DNA of 38,393 nucleotides from Deltaproteobacteria bacterium (GTDB lineage Bacteria; Desulfobacterota; Deferrimicrobia; Deferrimicrobiales; Deferrimicrobiaceae): NCBI GenBank assembly GCA_025357175.1, contig JANXPS010000018.1, positions 1 to 38,393 of the forward strand, read 5' to 3'. Shown piece by piece: positions 32,423 to 38,393 of this stretch (position 1 is its first letter; each line of letters starts with the position of its first letter). The notes under the pieces were generated by a model. It saw only the letters and a program-made list of their open reading frames with translations, ran no database searches and was not told where the DNA came from. The position numbers and the translations under genes were made by a program.

Positions 32423-33652
32423 TTATAGGGATTTTTCCGGGGTCGTCCAGCGGTCGTACCCGAGCAGGAGCAGAAGGCCGGGTATCGCCGCGAGGGCGCT
32501 GATCACGAAATAGGATTCCCATCCGGCCGATTTCGCGATCCAGCCTGTCGGGGCGCCCACCACGACGCGCGTGACCGCCATGAGGCTCGTCAGGAGCGCG
32601 TATTGCGTGGCGGTGAAGCGGCGGTTGCACAGGCTCATCAGGAAGGCCGTGTAGGCGGCGTTGCCCATGCCGCTGCACAGGTTTTCGGATCCGATGGCGA
32701 ACACCATCAACGGGTAATTTTTCCCGAAGCGCGCCAGCGCGAGAAACGACAGCGTCGAGACCGACTGCAGCACACCGAAGATCCAAAGGCACCGCTTGAT
32801 CCCGAAACGCGTGACCGCGGCCCCGCCCGCCAGCGTCCCGACGATCGTCGCGACCATTCCGAACAGCTTGTAGACGGAGCCGATCGCGGTCTTCGTGAAG
32901 CCGGCCTCCATGAGGAAGGGCGTCACGAGCGCGTTGGCCATGACGACGTCGAGCTTATAAAAGAGGATGAAAAGCAGGATCCACGCGGCGCCGGGCCGGG
33001 ACAGGAATTCGACGAACGGATCGACGACGGCTTCCTTGAGGTTCACGGGCGGCTTGACGGCGAGCCGCGGTTCCGGCGCGAAAAGCGACGCGACGACGCC
33101 GACGCCCATCCCCCCCGCCATCAGCAGGTAGACGGCCTTCCACGGAATCCGGTCGGCGAGGATCAGCGCGGCGCCGCCCGATACGATCATCGCCACCCGG
33201 TAACCGAGAATGTGGACGCCGACGCCGGGACCGATCTCGTCGGGCTCGAGCAGCTCGGTGCGCCACGCGTCGACCACGATGTCCTGGCTCGCGCTGAAGA
33301 AGGCGACCAGCAGGGCGAGGAGCGCCAGCAGGCCCGTGTGCGCCTTCGGGTCCGAAAAGGCCATGGCGGCGATCGTGGCGGCGAGGGCGCCCTGCGCAAC
33401 GATCATCCAGCCGCGGCGCCTGCCCAGGAAGGGGGGGACGAAGCGGTCCATGACCGGCGACCAGATGAATTTGAGCGTGTACGGAAGACCGGCGAGGGAA
33501 AAGACGCCGATGACCGCGAGGTCGACCCTCTCGGTCGCCATCCAGGCCTGAAGCGTCGAACCGGTCAGCGCGAGGGGCAAACCCGAGGAGAAGCCGACCA
33601 GCAGCACCCAGAAGATGCGGCGATTGCCGAAGGCGGACAGCAGGGAAGTCAT
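32423..33652 (-). CDS. ampG: AmpG-family muropeptide MFS permease
   Basis: N-terminal FGNRRIFWVLLVGFSSGLPLALTGSTLQAWMATERVDLAVIGVFSLAGLPYTLKFIWSPVMDRFVPPFLGRRRGWM is the characteristic AmpG signature. About 12-14 TM segments, 409 aa. Confidence 0.85.
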   Translation of the reverse strand: MTSLLSAFGNRRIFWVLLVGFSSGLPLALTGSTLQAWMATERVDLAVIGVFSLAGLPYTLKFIWSPVMDRFVPPFLGRRRGWMIVAQGALAATIAAMAFSDPKAHTGLLALLALLVAFFSASQDIVVDAWRTELLEPDEIGPGVGVHILGYRVAMIVSGGAALILADRIPWKAVYLLMAGGMGVGVVASLFAPEPRLAVKPPVNLKEAVVDPFVEFLSRPGAAWILLFILFYKLDVVMANALVTPFLMEAGFTKTAIGSVYKLFGMVATIVGTLAGGAAVTRFGIKRCLWIFGVLQSVSTLSFLALARFGKNYPLMVFAIGSENLCSGMGNAAYTAFLMSLCNRRFTATQYALLTSLMAVTRVVVGAPTGWIAKSAGWESYFVISALAAIPGLLLLLGYDRWTTPEKSL

Positions 33653-33809
33653 GGGGAATACGGTAACACAGCGTCGCGGGACGCCTATCCCGGAGGCCCT
33701 GAAATAAAAAAATCAAACGCCATTAAAGTTTTCCCCAAAGCGGTCCGAATAGTATCAGAGGCACGATTCCGCGCTATCAGGCACAAGAGGGGCAGATGAT
33801 GGAGTGTGT

Positions 33810-34142
33810 ATGGACTTGAGGAAATCCGTGGCCGCCGCCGGGATCGCGATTTTCCTCCTTGCCGCGTCATGCGCCGTTCCACTCCGGGTCCTCGCGGACG
33901 GGGAGCAGCGCATGATCGGCACCCTCGCGAAAATCGTCGCATCCTCCGATGGAAAATCGGCCGAAGTCACCCTCAAGGACATCAAGACCGGCAAAGACGT
34001 CAGAATCGTGGTCACCAACGAGCTGACCCTCGACAAGTTCAAATACGGAAAGACCGTCGTCGGCGACCAGATCCGCGCGAAGTACGAGGAAGAAGGCGGA
34101 AAGAACAAGTGCACCTACTTCAAAAAGGTGGCGGGCGAATAG
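33810..34142 (+). CDS. Small secreted protein, unknown function (110 aa)
   Basis: ATG at 33810 with GGAG 5 nt upstream; the listed GTG at 33804 is less likely. Signal peptide MDLRKSVAAAGIAIFLLAASCAVP. Lys-rich, beta-like mature part. Confidence 0.6.
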   Translation: MDLRKSVAAAGIAIFLLAASCAVPLRVLADGEQRMIGTLAKIVASSDGKSAEVTLKDIKTGKDVRIVVTNELTLDKFKYGKTVVGDQIRAKYEEEGGKNKCTYFKKVAGE

Positions 34143-34145
34143 CCC

Positions 34146-34169
34146 CGCGCAGGAAGGCCGGCGCGTTTT
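34146..34169 (+). terminator. Weak candidate intrinsic terminator or attenuator hairpin
   Basis: CGCGC (34146-34150) pairs with GCGCG (34161-34165). An inner GG/CC pair and an AAGG loop follow, then TTTT (34166-34169). The stem is short and the T-run runs into the MCP start region. Confidence 0.25.
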
Positions 34170-34176
34170 GCGAAAG

Positions 34177-35703
34177 ATGAGCCTCGCCAAAAAACTGATC
34201 TCCGGCTTCCTCTGCGTCGCCGTGATCGTGGCCGTCGTCGGCATCGCCGGCTACGGCGGACTCCGCTACGCGAGCCGCAGCCAGGCGGCCATCAACTCGG
34301 TGTACCTGCCCGGCGTAAACGGGCTCTGGATGATCAAGGACGGCGTCGACGTGGTGCGGCGCGTCGAACTGGTCATGTTCCTCACCCAGCTGTCCCCGGC
34401 CGAGCGGGCGGGCCAGAAAAAAAATCTGACGACCGCCTGGGGCAAGGCCGAAGCCGGGTGGGCGATCTACGCCCCGATCCCGAAACAGGGCGAGGAGTCG
34501 GCGCTCTGGGAACAGTTCCGGGCGGCATTCGGCGAATACAAGCAGGCGCACGAACGGGTGATCGACCTTCTCGACAAGTCGCCCGACGATCGGGAAAACG
34601 CCTACGACATCGCCAGTTCGGAAGGGCGCGACAAGTTCAAGGCCGTGCAGACGCTGATCGACAAGCTGCTCGCGACCAACGGGGCGGCCGCCGAACTGGC
34701 GGTCAAGGCTGCCGACCGCCAGGCCGCCGTCACCGGCTATTTCGCGCTGGGCATGGCGATCCTGGGCGTCGCGGCCTCTCTCCTGCTCGGCATCCTGCTC
34801 TCCTCCGGGATCGCCCGCAACATGAAGGCCATCGTCGAGTCGCTTAGGGACAATTCCGGCCAGGTCCAGGAGACCGCGGTGGTCCTGACCGAGTCCGCCC
34901 GGCAGCTTTCCGAGGGGGCCGCCGAAGAGGCGTCATCGCTCGCGGAAACATCCTCCTCGATGGACGAGGTCTCCGCGATCGTCAAAAAGAACACCGAAAA
35001 CGCTTCCCAGGCCCGGACGCTGGCCGACCGGGCCGGCGAGAGCGTCGAGCGGGCGAACGTCTCGATGGGCGCGATGCTTGAGTCGATGCAGGACATTTCC
35101 GCGAGCAGCGAGGAAACCGGCAAGATCATCAAGACCATCGACGAGATCGCCTTCCAGACCAACCTGCTGGCGCTCAACGCGGCCGTCGAGGCGGCGCGCG
35201 CCGGCGAGGCCGGAGCCGGCTTCGCGGTCGTGGCCGACGAGGTCCGCAATCTGGCGCAGCGTGCGGCGAGCGCGGCGAGGAATACCTCCGAACTCATCGA
35301 GGGCGTGATCCGGAAGATCAGCGGGGGCACGGCGCTCGTCGAGAAGACCAACGCCGATTTCAAGGATGTCGCCGATTCCGTCGGAAGCGTGACCCGGCTC
35401 GTGGGCGAGATCGCCGACGCGTCGAAGGAACAGTCCCAGCGGATATCCGACGTGGGCCGGCTCGTTTCGCAAGTGGGGCGGGTGACGCAGCGCACCGCCG
35501 CGCAATCGGAGGATATCGCCAATTCCGCCGAGGATCTGAGCTTCCGCTCGGCCTCGCTCGAGGGCACGGTGACGAAAATCCTCGCGCTTGTCGAAGGGGG
35601 GGCCGAAGGCGTCCATCCCGCAAACGGGAAAGCCGCACTTTCCCAGGCGACCGCCCGTCGGGGAACCCACCGGGCGCTTCCCGCGAGGGGGACATCGCGA
35701 TGA
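34177..35703 (+). CDS. Methyl-accepting chemotaxis protein with a 4-helix-bundle periplasmic domain and no obvious HAMP
   Basis: ATG at 34177 (MSLAKKLISGFLCVAVIVAVVG); TTG at 34168 is an alternative. Second TM: YFALGMAILGVAASLLLGILL. Signalling hairpin: IDEIAFQTNLLALNAAVEAARAGEAGAGFAVVADEVRNLAQR. Confidence 0.9.
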   Translation: MSLAKKLISGFLCVAVIVAVVGIAGYGGLRYASRSQAAINSVYLPGVNGLWMIKDGVDVVRRVELVMFLTQLSPAERAGQKKNLTTAWGKAEAGWAIYAPIPKQGEESALWEQFRAAFGEYKQAHERVIDLLDKSPDDRENAYDIASSEGRDKFKAVQTLIDKLLATNGAAAELAVKAADRQAAVTGYFALGMAILGVAASLLLGILLSSGIARNMKAIVESLRDNSGQVQETAVVLTESARQLSEGAAEEASSLAETSSSMDEVSAIVKKNTENASQARTLADRAGESVERANVSMGAMLESMQDISASSEETGKIIKTIDEIAFQTNLLALNAAVEAARAGEAGAGFAVVADEVRNLAQRAASAARNTSELIEGVIRKISGGTALVEKTNADFKDVADSVGSVTRLVGEIADASKEQSQRISDVGRLVSQVGRVTQRTAAQSEDIANSAEDLSFRSASLEGTVTKILALVEGGAEGVHPANGKAALSQATARRGTHRALPARGTSR

Positions 35704-36041
35704 TCCGGCGCGCGGGCATTCTCCTGGCGACGCTGTTCCTTTCGGCGCTCATTCCGGTCGAGCCCCTTTTCGCGGGCGGCGCGTCCGGCAAGGTCGTCTC
35801 CGCCGACGCGGAAAAGGTGGTCGTTCAGCTCGCCGCGGGCAAGGGATCCGCTTTCCCGACCGGCATGCGCGACGTCGAGATCAAGAAGGACGGCGCCATG
35901 ATGGTTCGGGGCCGGATCACCGGGTCGGCCGGCGACAAGATCACGCTCAAGGTCGTCAAGGGGAAAAGCGGCGGCCTGTCCGCAGGCGCAACCGTCGAGG
36001 TGGAACAGTCGACGGCGGCGGAAGGAATCGACGGATGCTGA
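35700..36041 (+). CDS. Small secreted protein, unknown function (113 aa), translationally coupled to the MCP
   Basis: ATGA start/stop overlap at 35700-35703. Signal peptide MIRRAGILLATLFLSALIPVEPLFA. G/C-rich third positions. Confidence 0.6.
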   Translation: MIRRAGILLATLFLSALIPVEPLFAGGASGKVVSADAEKVVVQLAAGKGSAFPTGMRDVEIKKDGAMMVRGRITGSAGDKITLKVVKGKSGGLSAGATVEVEQSTAAEGIDGC

Positions 36042-36082
36042 CATACATTGATAATCCAGTGACGAATGAGGAGCCAGTGCCC

Positions 36083-37450
36083 ATGACCCGAAGAATCCTT
36101 GGACGAAACGTTCTTTTTTCAGCGGGCCTCCTGCTGCTCGCGGCCTTCGTCTCGACGCTCTGTCTCCCTGGCCCCGCCCGGGCCGAGAGGGCCGGCATCG
36201 GGTGGGAAGAGAGCATCGCGGCGAAGAAGGGGAAGGCGAAGACGATCGCCGACCTCGCCGCGTACTACGACTCCTCGTCCTGCGCGACCTGCCACAAGGA
36301 GGCGCACGCCCAGTGGCAGAACACGTCCCATTCAGCCTCGATCGTCGGGACGGGCCGCACGGCCGACGTCTTCTGGGCCTTCGTCCAGGAAGGCCTGATG
36401 AAGTGGAACCACTCCGGCGTCAAGGCGATCGCCGACGTCAGGGTCGAGCACCTCATGGAGTGCGCCAAGTGCCACCTCCCGCAACTGGCCGACGCCGAAG
36501 ACGGCGTGGCGCGCGAGATCGTGTCCGTGCTTGCCGAGCGTCAGGGTGCGGCCGACCGGAAGGACGCCGCGGCGGCCGAAAAGGCCACGATGAAACTGAA
36601 GTCGCTGAACATCGGCTGCCTCATCTGCCACAACCGGAACGCGGTGATGCACAAGTGGGCAGACGGCTATCCCAAGGACGGAGAAATCTACGGGGGCAAG
36701 GAAGGAACGCACCCGGGCCCGGGATTTACGGTGCTCAAGAAAAGCCCGATCATGGGCGAGTCGATCCTGTGCGGCCAGTGCCACGGACTCGGGCCGAACC
36801 TCGAGATGGCCAACCCGACCCAGTGCACGACGCTTTACGGAAGCTACATCTACGCATACCGGTCGCAGGGCGGAAAGGAATCGTGCCAGGACTGCCACAT
36901 GCGCCGGAACAAGGTCGGGCACGAGACCCGCGCGCTCTACGACCCGAAGCTGATCCAGTCCGCGCTCGACGTCAAGACGGTCACCCACGGATTCTTCTGG
37001 CGCGACAACCGCCAGTACGTGCCCCGGGTCATCGTCGATCTCACGATCCTCAACAAGGCGGGGCACGCCATCCCCGACAGTGTTTCCTCCAATCACCGGC
37101 TGCTCCTGTCCGTGACCGCGAAGAAAGCCGACGGGACGCAGGTGTTCAGCCAGGAAAAGGTCTACATGCAGGTGCCCCAGTATCTCGGGCGCGGCAACAA
37201 GATGGGGCGCGCGGCTTACGAAAAGACCGGCGTCGTCGAAGACTCCTCGCTTTTGCCCGGAGAGGCCGTTCACGAGAAGTTCGACTTCACGCTCGAGCCC
37301 GATGAAGCGGCCGCCGGAAAGAACAGGAAACTCTTTTCCGAACTCGAGGTCTACGTGACCATCCGGCAGCTGAACCCGGACGACGCCCAGAACAGCGCCG
37401 GCCACACGCTCTACCAAACCAGCCGAACCGTGACCATCGAGGAGAGGTAG
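36083..37450 (+). CDS. Pentaheme c-type cytochrome (455 aa), secreted
   Basis: ATG at 36083, 10 nt after GAGGAG (36068-36073). Signal peptide MTRRILGRNVLFSAGLLLLAAFVSTLCLPGPARA. Five CxxCH motifs: CATCH, CAKCH, CLICH, CGQCH, CQDCH. The upstream 165 codons of the listed ORF overlap two other genes. Confidence 0.9.
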   Translation: MTRRILGRNVLFSAGLLLLAAFVSTLCLPGPARAERAGIGWEESIAAKKGKAKTIADLAAYYDSSSCATCHKEAHAQWQNTSHSASIVGTGRTADVFWAFVQEGLMKWNHSGVKAIADVRVEHLMECAKCHLPQLADAEDGVAREIVSVLAERQGAADRKDAAAAEKATMKLKSLNIGCLICHNRNAVMHKWADGYPKDGEIYGGKEGTHPGPGFTVLKKSPIMGESILCGQCHGLGPNLEMANPTQCTTLYGSYIYAYRSQGGKESCQDCHMRRNKVGHETRALYDPKLIQSALDVKTVTHGFFWRDNRQYVPRVIVDLTILNKAGHAIPDSVSSNHRLLLSVTAKKADGTQVFSQEKVYMQVPQYLGRGNKMGRAAYEKTGVVEDSSLLPGEAVHEKFDFTLEPDEAAAGKNRKLFSELEVYVTIRQLNPDDAQNSAGHTLYQTSRTVTIEER

Positions 37451-37456
37451 TCTCTT

Positions 37457-38393
37457 ATGTCTTCGACGCGATCCGTTCGCGCCCTATCGGTCATCTTCGC
37501 CCTCGCGCTGCAGTTCCTGCCCGCGTTGTGCGACGCCCTGCCCGCCGGAACAGGGTGGGAGAACACGATCGTGGCCCGCAGGGGAAAGGCGAAAACCGTC
37601 GCGGAGCTTTCGGCTCTCTACGATTCCACCCATTGCCGCGAGTGCCACCCGAAAGTCTATCGCGCGTGGGAACTGTCCGCCCACTCCGAATCCATCATGG
37701 GGAAGCGCCGGCCGGGCCGGAAGGCGCTGGCGATGCTGACGATTTTCGACATCGCGAAGGAAGAATGGCCTTTCACCAAGCTCGAATCGGTCTCCGACGT
37801 CAAGATCGAACACCTGATGGGATGCGCCAGGTGCCACCTTCCCCAGTTGGCCGACGCCGAGGACAGCGTGGCGCGGGAATTGTTCGGCGACTTCATCAAA
37901 TGGCGTGACGCAAAGAAAAACAAGGACGAAGGCACGGCGGGCGACGTCGAGGAGAAACTGTCCGAGCTCTCGGTTACCTGCCTGATATGCCACAACCGGA
38001 ACGCGGTCGTCCACAAGTGGACCGACGGCTTCCCGTCCTGGCGGGCGGTGTACGGCTCGGCCAACAAGCTGCATCCGGTCGGGAAGTTCCCCACCGTCGT
38101 TCAGAGCCCGATCCAGGACGAGGCGCTGGCGTGCGGGCAGTGCCACGGGGCCGGTGCCATTCTCGAGCGCGACAACCCGACCCAATGCCCCACCGGCTAC
38201 GGTTTCTTCCTCTTCGACTACAAGGCCAGGGGCGGCGACGAGATCTGCCAGGACTGCCACATGCGCAAGGACAACCGCGGGCACAACATCCAGAGCTACC
38301 GCGATCCCGCGATGATCAAGGCCGCCCTCGACTTCTCCGTGGACGTCACGCCGATCGTCCTTCACGGCGAGGAGACGAAGCCCTCCGCCCCCG
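37457..38393 (+). CDS. Paralogous pentaheme c-type cytochrome, 3'-partial (runs off the window)
   Basis: Not in the supplied ORF track because it has no stop. My own translation from ATG 37457 gives MSSTRSVRALSVIFALALQFLPALCDA...CRECH...CARCHLPQLADAEDSVARE...CLICHNRNAVVHKW...CGQCHG...CQDCHMRKDNRGH, collinear with the preceding gene. Confidence 0.85.
   Translation, partial: MSSTRSVRALSVIFALALQFLPALCDALPAGTGWENTIVARRGKAKTVAELSALYDSTHCRECHPKVYRAWELSAHSESIMGKRRPGRKALAMLTIFDIAKEEWPFTKLESVSDVKIEHLMGCARCHLPQLADAEDSVARELFGDFIKWRDAKKNKDEGTAGDVEEKLSELSVTCLICHNRNAVVHKWTDGFPSWRAVYGSANKLHPVGKFPTVVQSPIQDEALACGQCHGAGAILERDNPTQCPTGYGFFLFDYKARGGDEICQDCHMRKDNRGHNIQSYRDPAMIKAALDFSVDVTPIVLHGEETKPSAP

Noticed and set aside
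33753-33794. Sigma-54-like GGCAC elements (TATCAGAGGCAC at 33753-33764, TATCAGGCAC at 33775-33784) upstream of the small secreted gene
   Set aside because: The first GGCAC has its GC one position off the strict GG-N10-GC spacing. The second has correct spacing (GG 33780-33781, GC 33792-33793), but it would start transcription about 5 nt before ATG 33810, downstream of that gene's own GGAG SD. The 22-nt-spaced direct repeat may still be a regulator site, but I cannot support a promoter call.
33653-33809. Possible tRNA or small RNA gene in the largest intergenic regions (this one, 29513-29636 and 26773-26929)
   Set aside because: None shows cloverleaf-compatible arms or a GTTCRANYC T-loop box. 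The AT-rich patch (33700-33732) is more consistent with divergent promoter DNA between ampG and the small secreted gene.
35588-36082. Upstream 165 codons of the listed 620-aa cytochrome ORF, including the alternative ATG at 36035
   Set aside because: It overlaps the MCP 3' end and the small secreted gene out of frame, with Arg/Gly-rich translation. A classic signal peptide and a GAGGAG SD support ATG 36083. The ATG at 36035 would add 16 non-signal residues and overlaps the upstream gene.
36083-38393. Calling the pentaheme cytochromes NrfA-type nitrite reductases
   Set aside because: Only the heme count, the approximate size and a CxDCHM-like last motif are reminiscent. There is no CxxCK motif and I can verify no conserved NrfA active-site residues. 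The call is left as a generic pentaheme cytochrome.

Overview
GC-rich bacterial chromosomal window. Third codon positions are mostly G/C, so nearly every real gene is shadowed by long Arg/Gly/Pro-rich ORFs in wrong frames, which I reject. I support 19 protein-coding genes and found no rRNA, tRNA, CRISPR array or mobile element.

**Layout**
- 1-14564 (+): the 3' 14.5 kb of a giant secreted mosaic repeat protein of more than 4848 aa. It contains dispersed GGxGxD-type repeats, Calx-beta-like domains, PPC-like domains, about 14 copies of an unrecognised Trp-centred module of about 95 aa, an FlgD-Ig-like domain and a C-terminal RTX nonapeptide block.
- 14590-23170 (+): a tightly packed seven-gene string, which is the most interesting part of the window.
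  - two tandem DUF3467-like small proteins
  - a tandem-GAF/TM/HlyD adaptor
  - a PqqD(RRE)-like/M50 metalloprotease/HlyD fusion
  - a C-terminally truncated SecA-like ATPase
  - a small signal-peptide membrane-fusion adaptor
  - a third DUF3467-like module fused to an unrecognised ~290-aa domain
  - There is no ABC, RND or TolC gene in the string. I propose it is a non-canonical recognition, processing and export system, possibly serving the giant RTX protein or the small DUF3467-like proteins.
- 23146-29512 (-): an AsmA/YhdP-like protein, a heme-c (CxxCH) sensor GGDEF cyclase and a TolB-like propeller.
- 29637-33652: a small membrane protein (+), then a multi-TM PAS hybrid histidine kinase (-) and AmpG (-).
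- 33810-38393 (+): a small secreted protein, a HAMP-less MCP translationally coupled to another small secreted protein, and two tandem paralogous pentaheme c-type cytochromes, the second truncated by the window end.

**Limits**
All family names come from motifs I can read in the translations. No database search, HMM or structure prediction was run. The multiheme cytochromes, MCP and GC-rich composition hint at a metal-reducing Deltaproteobacteria-like organism, but this is a weak inference.
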